Part shown: in pieces, positions 20,918-30,579 of the stretch
How the letters are laid out: each line of letters starts with the position of its first letter
Numbering within the stretch: the stretch's first letter is position 1
Virus record (IMG/VR): IMGVR_UViG_3300037067_016777
Location: 96,001 to 160,000 of that record
Strand: one strand, 5' to 3'
Length of the DNA: 64,000 bases
Source of the DNA: a virus
Lineage: Duplodnaviria > Caudoviricetes
Notes under the pieces: model-generated
What the model was told of the DNA's origin: nothing
The model's input: only the letters and a program-made list of their open reading frames with translations
Database searches by the model: none
Translations under genes and position numbers: made by a program

Positions 20918-21556
20918 TCAAGCATTATTATCCCCTAAACCATAAGCAATTAAATCGACATTTATATTTTTGATGTCAATATCAAAATGCACCAAAATAT
21001 CTTTAATAACATCTCTGACAAATTTCATCCTCTTGACGCCCGGCAAATAGTGAAAACTCACAGGTGCTGTTGGTTCAGTTTCATCTAGGATTGTGATAGT
21101 TGGAGGATTGGTATCATTAAGACGCTGGTAGGCGATACCATATTCGAAGTTCGTACCACATCCAGTGGGAATTATCACAAGCACATACGATGCCGTCGCC
21201 ACGCCATCATACTCACACAATGCCTTCTGTTGTAATGAATCTGGATTTGTATCCCTTCGAGTCTTATTAGCAGTTATCTCCTCTCCCCATATAGTCCAAT
21301 CAAACGCTATTGGAATCTGCAAACTTTTGAAGAAGTCTATAAATGCTCTTGCTCGTTTCCAGTTTGCCAGTGTCGTAGCTATATAGATAGATTTATCCCT
21401 ATCCCATGAGATAATATGCCAACTATCAGTAAAATCGTCATTTGATTCTATTGACCAATAATAACTTCCGCCACACTTATCGCATTTACCATCAACCCAT
21501 ACAGCTGCTGAAAAATCGAAATTGCAATATGGGCATGTTATTTCTTGTGTCAGCAT
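20918..21556 (-). CDS. Zn-ribbon plus nucleoside 2-deoxyribosyltransferase-like protein
   Basis: CPYC..CDKC, then IYIA, FDWT, EYDGV..A and GTNFEYGIA (NDT catalytic Glu). Confidence 0.65.
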   Translation of the reverse strand: MLTQEITCPYCNFDFSAAVWVDGKCDKCGGSYYWSIESNDDFTDSWHIISWDRDKSIYIATTLANWKRARAFIDFFKSLQIPIAFDWTIWGEEITANKTRRDTNPDSLQQKALCEYDGVATASYVLVIIPTGCGTNFEYGIAYQRLNDTNPPTITILDETEPTAPVSFHYLPGVKRMKFVRDVIKDILVHFDIDIKNINVDLIAYGLGDNNA

Positions 21557-21563
21557 AGCTTAT

Positions 21564-22508
21564 CTACACACTTTCACAAATCATTTTGATGGCGTCATTA
21601 TGGTTTATTCTATTATAATAATCCAGGAATTTAAATCTATTGTAAGCACTACAAAAGTAAAATTTCTGTCTGGTCTCTAATGGTAGTGAACGTGCTGCAT
21701 CTTCATAATATCTCGCCTCTTCTGCGAATCTTTTCTTCCGACTGTCTGGAGCACAATCTTGGTTTATGCCGTAAAAGTGTAATATTTCTTTGCCATCTAC
21801 AGCAATAGCGCCCATATCAATGCCCAAAATAAATATTCTATCATAGCCAAGCCATAAAGCGACCTGCATCGCGGCATAGACGCTAGATCTACCAATATGA
21901 AAACCGCCAGTCAAATCTGTGCTAAAACCAAAGCCAGGTATATTCTTAATAAAGATAGTACCTGGTCGCGAATCTGTGATCATAGTGGAATTAAAAATAT
22001 ATCCATTGTATCTCTCCCACAAATCGTGATGACGTTTTAATTGTGAAATATCACAAAACAGCCAATATTTCGTCGGCCAGACACGTAGATCTGGCTTATT
22101 TATAGACATCACATCAATGCGCGGCTTATCGAGCAATAATGTCGTATCGATTTCTGAAACACTTGGACCATTGCCAATGATAACCAAAGTACGTCCTATG
22201 CAGGAATTATGCAACTCACGCAGTCTTTTCGTGCTAGATTCCGGAGGATCACGAGTTATGATTTTCGTAACCGGCTTATTCGGGCGTGCTGCAGCCGATT
22301 TAACTCCGACTCCCCTCTTCGGCATTACTGGCGGTCGCCGATTGATTGATGCGACTCTTTGTGCAGGCGCTGCTGGCTTCGCACGCATCACAGCTCGCAA
22401 AGTTTTTACCACAGCTTGTTGTTGCCGAACGACGGGTCTGGCGGCTCGCGGCAATATAACTTCGCGCTTATTATTGTTTATTGGTCGTACTCTTAGGTTT
22501 AATATCAT
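21564..22508 (-). CDS. Maf/DUF115-like (MptE-like) glycosylation-related protein with basic N-terminal extension
   Basis: IIGNGPS, SSVYAAMQVALWLGY.RIFILGIDM and HFYG. Confidence 0.7.
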   Translation of the reverse strand: MILNLRVRPINNNKREVILPRAARPVVRQQQAVVKTLRAVMRAKPAAPAQRVASINRRPPVMPKRGVGVKSAAARPNKPVTKIITRDPPESSTKRLRELHNSCIGRTLVIIGNGPSVSEIDTTLLLDKPRIDVMSINKPDLRVWPTKYWLFCDISQLKRHHDLWERYNGYIFNSTMITDSRPGTIFIKNIPGFGFSTDLTGGFHIGRSSVYAAMQVALWLGYDRIFILGIDMGAIAVDGKEILHFYGINQDCAPDSRKKRFAEEARYYEDAARSLPLETRQKFYFCSAYNRFKFLDYYNRINHNDAIKMICESV

Positions 22509-22540
22509 AAAAACATATTTTCCGGCAATATCTCAAAACT

Positions 22541-23188
22541 TTAGCGATCGATCTTGACACGATGACGCGGATATGTTCTATTACACCTTGCTCGAATGGC
22601 GCTACCTTCTTCAATCACCAGATTGTCTGCGAAGGTAGTAAAGTTCTTCTTTTGTCGTTTGTCTTTACTCAGAATACTATAGATACAACGATGGATTGTT
22701 GTAGTCAAAAGGTTGAACACTGGGGCTTTTCCTGGAGTGTACTTCAGTCTGCCGCGAGCGATTTTGCTGATGACTTGAACGAGTGCTTCGCTAGCCAGAT
22801 TGTTTGTCTCTTCTGCAGATGGCTGGTGAAATTTACTAGCCACACCATTGCACATCTTTGCAATATCCTGCAGCATTGCTTGCCAGCTTTGTGCCATAGG
22901 CGGCTCCAAGTAATATCCTTGTGTCTCAAGTTGCTCTATGGTAATGCTGCGTGGCATCATCCAAGTGACCATGTCACCAACAGTACCAAAATTTATGTTG
23001 CCTGGAACGATATAGTGGACCCGTGTTTCGTAGCATGGGTCCTGTATTTCACTATCCGGTAGAGTCCCTATTATGAGAGTCCATAGTACTTTTTTCGCGC
23101 GTAATGATTCAATGCCAGGTGTATTGCTAGATACAAGCCACTCGAACCAATTTCTTTCAAGTATTTGTGTGTCGCAGTATTTAGCCAT
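22541..23188 (-). CDS. T4 gp55-like late-transcription sigma factor
   Basis: IAKMCNGVASKF...LASEALVQVI..I.....YTPGKAPVFNLLTTTI...IYSILSKDKRQ resembles sigma region 2 of gp55; likely start MAKY at 23188. Confidence 0.55.
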   Translation of the reverse strand: MAKYCDTQILERNWFEWLVSSNTPGIESLRAKKVLWTLIIGTLPDSEIQDPCYETRVHYIVPGNINFGTVGDMVTWMMPRSITIEQLETQGYYLEPPMAQSWQAMLQDIAKMCNGVASKFHQPSAEETNNLASEALVQVISKIARGRLKYTPGKAPVFNLLTTTIHRCIYSILSKDKRQKKNFTTFADNLVIEEGSAIRARCNRTYPRHRVKIDR

Positions 23189-23241
23189 CGCGAAGTTCTT
23201 TTCTTTTTCTTGTTTTTTAATACGCACAAAGGAATGTTTGT

Positions 23242-24591
23242 ATGTCCAAAGTAAGACAATTATCGGAGGTCTTTTTGCGTGGATCGCTCGCAAACGTCAC
23301 GATGAAAAATCTGACAAAGGAAGAGCAGTCTAGGATTGAAGAATTGATGGTTACTATCGGAGAGCATGAAGTGCTCGCCGGACACAAACAAGAATTCATC
23401 TACCAGTTAGGATCGACGATTGCTGCGGATTATCATGATAATGCCAATGCAGCGCAAGAGGAATTTCAAATAGCTGTTTGGCGTGGAATAGTACATTTAC
23501 TTTATCACACAGATTATAGTTTTGAGTGTTCTCTTTGCCATAATACTTCTTTTCTCAGTCAAAGCAATCGAATAACCCAATTCAATAGATGCTTTGATTT
23601 CTGCCCTGTCTGTAATGGATGCCTAATTTCTGATCCGTGCGAAAGCATCTTTAGGGAGAACGATCCGCTCACACAAGAAGAATATCTCTTTGTAGTAGAT
23701 CGGCTACAAAGAGAACGCAAACGACCACCTCTGATTAAAAGTTGTATAATGGCAACTCGTGGAGCAGCAAAAGTCGAAGATCCAGAACGAATACTCAATG
23801 ACCCAGAACAATTAAAGAAATTCTTTGGATCATTTATCTGGAATTATTTTAGGCAGATATTATTAGAGAATCCGATAACAAAACATCAAAAACGCATAAT
23901 TGGGTTATTTGGACCAGCAGATAAAACTGCGGCCGATGCCATTAATTTATTGTTGATTGATTTGAAAGCTTTTCACATCTATCATGGAGTTCCAGAACGT
24001 AACGCGACATTCCCGATAGACTACTCGTGTTATGCTATTACTTGTGATCCGATGTTATTATGCCCGTCGGATTTTTACCCACGATTTTGGGAGATCAAAG
24101 AACGGCTTATAGCTCTTGGTGGTGAAGTTGTCATTACTTCTAATTATATCGTGGTGCGTGATATGCAAGGGCAAGCACCATACACCGAATTTGCGGCGTC
24201 TGTTAATTCAGAAGTTCAAATCGTGAACAATGTCGTTGGTCGTCGTGGTGACGATGGTAATTCGATGGATGTCATTTCACAGCTAGAGGATGAGCACATG
24301 CTTGCAGACAGTACCAATGCCGTCGAAGTGCGTGAAATAATTTCTCACGTCAAGGATTGCTTACCTGACGGCCATTGTCAGGCAGTATTCCAACTGTTGT
24401 CGGGTTCTGGACCAATCTATCAAGATTTTGTCAAACAGTACCCAGATACTCCGCGTGTGAATCAAGGAATTCCGCATAAAAACCGAATGGCGAAATTCTT
24501 AGGATGCACATCAAAGGATATCAAACAGTGCGAACAAATTATTGGTGTTCAACTGATCGCACACGGGATGGCGATAGAGACAATCTGTTAA
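23242..24591 (+). CDS. Hypothetical protein with Zn-ribbon and C-terminal HTH (sigma-factor-like)
   Basis: CSLC..CPVC; C-terminal KNRMAKFLGCTSKDIKQ. Confidence 0.5.
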   Translation: MSKVRQLSEVFLRGSLANVTMKNLTKEEQSRIEELMVTIGEHEVLAGHKQEFIYQLGSTIAADYHDNANAAQEEFQIAVWRGIVHLLYHTDYSFECSLCHNTSFLSQSNRITQFNRCFDFCPVCNGCLISDPCESIFRENDPLTQEEYLFVVDRLQRERKRPPLIKSCIMATRGAAKVEDPERILNDPEQLKKFFGSFIWNYFRQILLENPITKHQKRIIGLFGPADKTAADAINLLLIDLKAFHIYHGVPERNATFPIDYSCYAITCDPMLLCPSDFYPRFWEIKERLIALGGEVVITSNYIVVRDMQGQAPYTEFAASVNSEVQIVNNVVGRRGDDGNSMDVISQLEDEHMLADSTNAVEVREIISHVKDCLPDGHCQAVFQLLSGSGPIYQDFVKQYPDTPRVNQGIPHKNRMAKFLGCTSKDIKQCEQIIGVQLIAHGMAIETIC

Positions 24592-24600
24592 CCAGGCACC

Positions 24601-25131
24601 CTACCACTTAGGCCCGCCCGGCTTGCTCCAGAATTGCTGTGCCATCCCAAGCCCAGATGCCCTTGGATGCTGGTATGGCAGCGGGATAATACGCGGAGTG
24701 AGGTTAATATAACCATCTTCGTGATTCTGTAAAACTCTTGATATAAACTTAATAATACGTCTGGGCGTTGTCTGTCGAGTTGCTGCCATATCTTCTGCTA
24801 TAATCTGACCATGCTGTAATTGGAGAGTCAGGCGCTTAAGTCCTGTATGAAACGTCTCGCCCAAATAACACCTTTGATTCCCAAGTACAAATAAGTTCCA
24901 CCCTAATTTGGCGGTGTCTCCCAACGGATCGACGTTCTTGACGTACGGGACAACCTCTAACTTATCCGACATTTCTGTTATAGCAAATTGCATGTCTTGC
25001 ATGAAGGGTGGATAAATTAATTGGTCGAATCTTGTTTTATCAAATCCCTTGCTAGTAAAATAGCGGACGAGTAGCCTCTCAGCAACGTCATTGTTCAGAG
25101 CAGTACGTAATTTATCTGCAAAGCGATCCAT
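24601..25131 (-). CDS. Hypothetical protein
   Basis: 176-aa ORF downstream of the KamA gene. Confidence 0.6.
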   Translation of the reverse strand: MDRFADKLRTALNNDVAERLLVRYFTSKGFDKTRFDQLIYPPFMQDMQFAITEMSDKLEVVPYVKNVDPLGDTAKLGWNLFVLGNQRCYLGETFHTGLKRLTLQLQHGQIIAEDMAATRQTTPRRIIKFISRVLQNHEDGYINLTPRIIPLPYQHPRASGLGMAQQFWSKPGGPKW

Positions 25132-25144
25132 ACATTATATTTTA

Positions 25145-26317
25145 TCAAGGATAGTGACAAACTTCTCCACGGAAACGAAACGTTGTACTATTTTCACCCT
25201 GTTCGATTATATAATTTGGTTGCAATGGTATCTTCCCACAACCTCCAGGCCCATCAACGACGAATGTTGGGATAGCATAACCAGAAGTATGCCCACGCAA
25301 TCCATCTATAATTTCTATTCCTTTAGAAATAGGAGTTCTGAAATGAGAGGTGCCCAAGACTGGATCACATTGATATAGATAATATGGTCGAACACGCATC
25401 ATTAATAAACGATGCATTAATGACTGCATTGCCTCAATGTTGTCGTTAATGCCAGCTAGTAGTACGGTCTGAGACCCTAGTGGTATTCCTGCGTCAGCGA
25501 GCATTGTGCAAGCTCTCGCACATTCAAGAGTACATTCATCTGGATGTGTGAAATGAATACTCATAAATACTGGATGATACTTTTTCAATATCTTACAGAG
25601 CTTTGGTGTAATACGCTGCGGTAGAACAACAGGCACCTTTGTCCCGATTCTGATGATTTCTATGTGAGGTATACGTCGTAGCTCGCGTAAGAGCGAATCA
25701 AGCTTACCGTTTCTGAATAACAGTGGATCACCACCAGATATAATGACATCTCTAATATTTGTGTTTTGTTTGATATATGCAATCGCAGTATCTAATTGCG
25801 ATTTTGTTGCTGGTTTTGCATTCTGCATACCAATCAATCTTGATCGCGTGCAGTATCGACAATAACTAGCACATTGACCAGCCGCTAATAGTAAAGCTCT
25901 ATCTGAATATCGGTGTACGAGTTTCGGAACTGGTGTATCCTCATCTTCAGCCAATGGATCTACTCTCTCGTCTTGCGTGATATGGAATTCACCTAAAGTC
26001 GGTATAACAGTCCGCCTGAGTGGTTGATTTGGGTCGTCTGGGGATATTAGGCTCAAATAATATGGTGTAATATTTATCGGAACCCTATGAGTAGCTTGCA
26101 GCCTGCCTAGTGCATGAACCTCATCACTGTTCAATTTGATAACAGATTCAAGTTGTTCCTTTGTAGTAAATCTGCTGGCTAGTTGCCACCTCCAATTGTC
26201 CCAGTCGCAATCTGGTACATCTGGAAAGTGTTGGTCTCGAAAGGCTCTAGTTTTAATTAGTCCTGTGCTCGGCGGTTCGGTATCTAAGACCGCCGTCTCG
26301 CCCTCTAAACCGTCCAT
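25145..26317 (-). CDS. kamA: KamA-family radical SAM lysine 2,3-aminomutase-like protein
   Basis: WRWQL, LVHRY.DR, CASYCRYCTR, SGGDPL, RIGTKVP, GSQTVLL.GIND, PYYLYQCD and GHTSGYAIP..VVD.PGG.GK; likely start 26317. Confidence 0.9.
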   Translation of the reverse strand: MDGLEGETAVLDTEPPSTGLIKTRAFRDQHFPDVPDCDWDNWRWQLASRFTTKEQLESVIKLNSDEVHALGRLQATHRVPINITPYYLSLISPDDPNQPLRRTVIPTLGEFHITQDERVDPLAEDEDTPVPKLVHRYSDRALLLAAGQCASYCRYCTRSRLIGMQNAKPATKSQLDTAIAYIKQNTNIRDVIISGGDPLLFRNGKLDSLLRELRRIPHIEIIRIGTKVPVVLPQRITPKLCKILKKYHPVFMSIHFTHPDECTLECARACTMLADAGIPLGSQTVLLAGINDNIEAMQSLMHRLLMMRVRPYYLYQCDPVLGTSHFRTPISKGIEIIDGLRGHTSGYAIPTFVVDGPGGCGKIPLQPNYIIEQGENSTTFRFRGEVCHYP

Positions 26318-26331
26318 TATTCCCGAGACTC

Positions 26332-28560
26332 CTATCTGATGTCGGTAATATGTGAAAACCGATCGGTTCGCTCGACTGTAATTTGATGTGGAAATACGTC
26401 GTGAAAACAATCACTATGAGATATTATGAAGATCGACTCGAACCGGGTTGCTAAATCATCTTTGATTACGCTTATCAACATTTGTCGACCAGCTTCATCT
26501 AATGCCTTCTCTGGTTCGTCTAACACGAGAATATTACATTGTGGGCCATGTATCCCTTGGTGTAGATCAAATACCGCAAACATAAAAGCTAAATCGGTTC
26601 GACCACGTTCTCCGCCGCTTTGGAAATCATAACCCCATAGATTACTATCGATTCCAAGTGAGTCAGTTAGAGATACCTTAATGTCTAAACCGAATAGATC
26701 TAAATAATGATGTAATCTTGAATTAAAATATGGTTGATGTCGGCTGATTAGGTAACTTTTAATTTTCCTGCGATCGCTGTAGGCTTTTTGGATATATTGT
26801 AAATGAACTAAAATAATATCATATGTGGTTAGGTCTTTCTGCTCAATCTTTACTTGATCTTCCTGTTGTTTGATATTGCAGCCTAAATTGATAATAGATT
26901 CAGCGTGTGTATTTTTTTCAGCAGATATACTGTCAGCATCTTCTTTAGCTTTACGTGCTGAATCTAGGATGGTATCGCGTTGAGCATTTGTAGCGTTTGC
27001 TTCGTTTACCGTTGTTTCTGGTTTTATGCTATCTAATTTGGCTTTCGTTGTTTTAACTAATTGTTCTAATTTCGTCTTTTTATCTTGCAATTCTATTTTT
27101 GTAGCATTTAGCTCTGCTTTCACAGACGTTTCTAAATCTTTTGCTGCCGCAGTCGACCTTTCTAACTGTATATCGATTGCAGATGTGAGAGTATCAGATT
27201 CTTTGTTTAATTCTTTGAGATTGTTTGTTGCGTCTAGCTCCAAAGCATCAATTTGCTCTCGGATTTTAGTGATTTCGCCATTTACAACATCTACCATATT
27301 GGCGAGTTTTTTAGCCTTGCTCTCTGCCGCTGCTTTAATAGCCTGCGGGCCGTTAATTTTACTATTGGCATAATCGACAGGCAGCTCCCGTTCACATTCA
27401 ACACATATTTTACCCGCTTTATCACGCCATTTTTTAATAATAGCATTTTGGGTGTCAATAATACCGTTTTGACTGGCTATTTGACCACGCAAATCTAGTA
27501 TCTTCTGGTCACAGATCTTTATTTCGTTTTCTTTGATCTTTTTATGTTGATTGACAGCACTTTGAGCAGCATCTTTTTTAGCTTGTATTAATTTAATAAC
27601 TTGATTTTTAGATTTTTGAGCTTCTTCCTTCAATCGCATAATTGTCTGCAGCTTGGTGTTCTCTGCGGCAGACATACTTGGTTCTATTGCGGTAATTTGA
27701 GATTCTAATTCATCAATTTGAGATTCTAATTCATCAATTTTAGCTTCAATTTTCGCTACTATAGTCCATTTTTTAGCTAGTGCCGCAACATTTATTAAGG
27801 TAAACTGGCGTGCTTGTTCTTCATACTCTGCAGCACGTTGAATTTTAGCTTTACGACGTTCGTCGCGAGTGCTTTCAAACAATGATGACGATTTCTGAGC
27901 TAAATCGAGTTGCTGTATTGAATTCGCGATGCTTGTATTCAAACTATCTATTTTGATTTTACGTTTTTCTTGCTCTTGTACTACTCTATCATATTTCGAC
28001 TTTGCAACCTCTGCATAGATTGACAAGCGGTCGATTCCCATAATTCGTTCGAAAGCTTGTCGTCTGGCTTGATCTTGCATTGCCAACCATGGTTGGCGAT
28101 ATTGAGAAAAGAACACAGAACCACAAAATAACCCATAATCGAATTTTAATTCTTTATCCAATAATCTCTGCTGATTGCTTGTTGTCGATAAAGTGCAATT
28201 AATAATTTCTTGAGTGCCACGCCTAAATAATAACTCTGTATCTCCTTGCCGTGTCCTAACGCGTGTCAACTCATCGCCATTTTTGAATTTTAGCGCGACT
28301 CTGGCGTTACTGTCTATGAACCAATTTAATACCTTATCACCTGGATTTTGATTGTATACTGTTTTCCCTGATAAACACCATAATACAGCCTGCATTAAGG
28401 AGCTTTTACCAGCCCCATTTGATCTACCATACGATTGCCCCGTTTTATCATAGACATTACCTACAATAAAGCATTGCTCCATCTTCGACAGCTTTAATAT
28501 GGAAGGATATGGTCCCCAACTGACAAATCCTTCTACGGCAATCGATTCTAGATCAATCAT
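26332..28560 (-). CDS. Rad50/SbcC/gp46-like SMC ATPase
   Basis: Walker A SNGAGKSS, coiled coil with CVEC zinc hook, SGGE signature, LVLDE Walker B and IISH. Confidence 0.9.
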   Translation of the reverse strand: MIDLESIAVEGFVSWGPYPSILKLSKMEQCFIVGNVYDKTGQSYGRSNGAGKSSLMQAVLWCLSGKTVYNQNPGDKVLNWFIDSNARVALKFKNGDELTRVRTRQGDTELLFRRGTQEIINCTLSTTSNQQRLLDKELKFDYGLFCGSVFFSQYRQPWLAMQDQARRQAFERIMGIDRLSIYAEVAKSKYDRVVQEQEKRKIKIDSLNTSIANSIQQLDLAQKSSSLFESTRDERRKAKIQRAAEYEEQARQFTLINVAALAKKWTIVAKIEAKIDELESQIDELESQITAIEPSMSAAENTKLQTIMRLKEEAQKSKNQVIKLIQAKKDAAQSAVNQHKKIKENEIKICDQKILDLRGQIASQNGIIDTQNAIIKKWRDKAGKICVECERELPVDYANSKINGPQAIKAAAESKAKKLANMVDVVNGEITKIREQIDALELDATNNLKELNKESDTLTSAIDIQLERSTAAAKDLETSVKAELNATKIELQDKKTKLEQLVKTTKAKLDSIKPETTVNEANATNAQRDTILDSARKAKEDADSISAEKNTHAESIINLGCNIKQQEDQVKIEQKDLTTYDIILVHLQYIQKAYSDRRKIKSYLISRHQPYFNSRLHHYLDLFGLDIKVSLTDSLGIDSNLWGYDFQSGGERGRTDLAFMFAVFDLHQGIHGPQCNILVLDEPEKALDEAGRQMLISVIKDDLATRFESIFIISHSDCFHDVFPHQITVERTDRFSHITDIR

Positions 28561-29914
28561 GTTTATCTAATTTTTTGAGTTTTCTTGATAGTTTTATCTT
28601 ATTAATACGGTCGCGATTTCTTATAGCGAGCGATTCCATACGTTCTATTAATAAACTGTCATATAGTGATAAGAATGGTATCTTGATATGCTGATGTTGG
28701 TGCAGCTTATGTCGATGTGTTAGTGATACCAAACCAAGTTCTCTCAGTCGCGCAAACGGCACCTTTCTAAAATCACTTTTACGGAACTTTTTACCGAGTG
28801 CGGTAGAAATTACCATTTCGGCGATAATTCTATCCATGTTCTTTAGTTGCTGCTCATCGGTCGTATGTTTTAGATAATAATCGATAATGGCCACCGAGCG
28901 AATGCGTTTTGAGATTACTCGGTTCGCTGACGCTACGCATTCAGCGACTTTATCCTTTGCATTTCTGATATGATATTTATCAGCTTTTAATCCGTACTTG
29001 AAGAAATTGATGATTTTGCGTTGTTTCTCGACCGGTAATTTGACCGCATCTTCTGAGAATTCTAGCCCCAAGAATTTAAATCGTCTGACAGTATCAAATC
29101 CAACGGATGGAACGAATGAAAAGTTCTGTGTATGTGATGCCTTGAATTTTAAGCCAAGCTTTGCTATCTCTATATCCATCAAAGCAGCTGCTTGTAGAAC
29201 TATAGCCGGATCTTCACCAGCTATCAGAATATCATCTGCATATCGGAAGTAGCGAACCCCAGGCAGACACATCAATTTATCGAGCCATGTCAGATGGATA
29301 TTAGCCAGCGTGCAAGCCAATGGGCTTCCAAACGGTATCCCAATTATAGCCTGTTTGATTGTGTCCTTATCAGTGCCATAATTGAAACGAACACGTTGCT
29401 CTAGCAATCGTATTACATCTGCATCGAATAATTCACCTAACTGCTGCAATAGAATATTATGGTTGATGTTGTAGAAGAATTGGGTAATGTCCCGCTTAGC
29501 AAAAAATTTACATTTCTTAATGGTTTTCGCTATTGTAGATTGACATCGATCTACACCGAGAGCACCCGACCTATAAGCATAGGAATTGGGTGAATACCAT
29601 TTGCTCAATAATTGGCTCAGGGCTGATGCTAACCACCGTTCGACGATTTTATCAGACCAAGTAGAAATATATATTTTGCGTTCCTTGCCGGATCGAATGC
29701 GTATATATTCTCGATAAGGGCTAAACGTGTGTTTGCGGACGCCATGGCTCAATGTATTCAAGGAATGATCTAGTTTACGCGCGAATTGCCAAAAGGTCTG
29801 GCCATCTAAAGATTTTGTAGATCCCCTATTTCGGTCGAAAGCAACCTTAGTTATAATAAACAATGCTGCACGGTCAAGCGGCAACTGATCAAAACAGTCC
29901 TTGATGGTAATCAT
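28553..29914 (-). CDS. Reverse transcriptase
   Basis: KERKIYI..WSDKIVER, NSYAYR, KRDITQFFYNINH, GIPFGSPLACTLANIHL, YFRYADDILI, FKFLG and C-terminal LGLVSL; ATG at 29914, TTG at 29953 possible. Confidence 0.93.
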   Translation of the reverse strand: MITIKDCFDQLPLDRAALFIITKVAFDRNRGSTKSLDGQTFWQFARKLDHSLNTLSHGVRKHTFSPYREYIRIRSGKERKIYISTWSDKIVERWLASALSQLLSKWYSPNSYAYRSGALGVDRCQSTIAKTIKKCKFFAKRDITQFFYNINHNILLQQLGELFDADVIRLLEQRVRFNYGTDKDTIKQAIIGIPFGSPLACTLANIHLTWLDKLMCLPGVRYFRYADDILIAGEDPAIVLQAAALMDIEIAKLGLKFKASHTQNFSFVPSVGFDTVRRFKFLGLEFSEDAVKLPVEKQRKIINFFKYGLKADKYHIRNAKDKVAECVASANRVISKRIRSVAIIDYYLKHTTDEQQLKNMDRIIAEMVISTALGKKFRKSDFRKVPFARLRELGLVSLTHRHKLHQHQHIKIPFLSLYDSLLIERMESLAIRNRDRINKIKLSRKLKKLDKHD

Positions 29915-29962
29915 TTGTCTTGCAAATATATCTTGAGATTCATACCAAAACAAATTGGAGTT

Positions 29963-30115
29963 GAGGTCGTCGTAAGTTTTCCCTGATGCTTCAAAGCTAT
30001 TGATGTCCTGTCACGCCTTAGGGAGGTGTTCAATGGTGCAGAAGCACATGTCATCCAAGACCTAACGGTTTTGGCCGTAGTCCTAGTTTCGAACTGCCAA
30101 ACTTACGACGACCTC
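29963..30115 (-). ncRNA. Putative retron-like msr/msd ncRNA
   Basis: Perfect 17-bp inverted repeat (29963-29979 and 30099-30115) enclosing two small stem-loops and a long hairpin, immediately upstream of the RT. Confidence 0.7.
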
Positions 30116-30123
30116 TTTTTATT

Positions 30124-30579
30124 ATGAACTTCACCAACAGATTATCTACAATACTGGAAACACGTGGTCTGAAACGAGCAGTCATAACCATGAAACGTGG
30201 TACAGTCATAGAGGCCGACCACGTAAGGATGGTAAAGACTAAAACAGGGAAAACCATTGTAGTAGTCGGTATTGGTCCCGGACGATTTGAGAAGATACAC
30301 AGATATAATAATAATCTGGGTGGTGTCGTTAATAGATTACGAGATTTCTATGGTCCTCATCGCTACATACCAACACCACAACAAGACAAGGCTACTGGCG
30401 AAGATCTAGGGGGTGTGTGTGAAAATTGTGGTCGTGGTTATATCGAATGTATGAACGATCCTTGCGAAAGGCCGGATCGGAGTTACGATCTACACCGCAT
30501 CTTAATCACTTACCCATTATTCAAAAGAATCATAACAATAAGGCCAGAAAATGTCGAGTCGATACGTGAGGTTCGATAA
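30124..30579 (+). CDS. Paralogue 1 of a tandem three-gene family
   Basis: Shared RG.(V/E)I.ADH.R..K...G.....VGI core; CENC insert. Confidence 0.7.
   Translation: MNFTNRLSTILETRGLKRAVITMKRGTVIEADHVRMVKTKTGKTIVVVGIGPGRFEKIHRYNNNLGGVVNRLRDFYGPHRYIPTPQQDKATGEDLGGVCENCGRGYIECMNDPCERPDRSYDLHRILITYPLFKRIITIRPENVESIREVR

Noticed and set aside
27695-27740. 21-bp tandem duplication in the SMC ATPase (IDELESQ twice)
   Set aside because: This is an in-frame heptad duplication in a coiled coil, which is ordinary length variation.
28553-30115. Group II intron
   Set aside because: The upstream non-coding space is only ~170-200 bp, the RT stop overlaps the next gene so there is no room for domains V/VI, and no interrupted host gene is evident.
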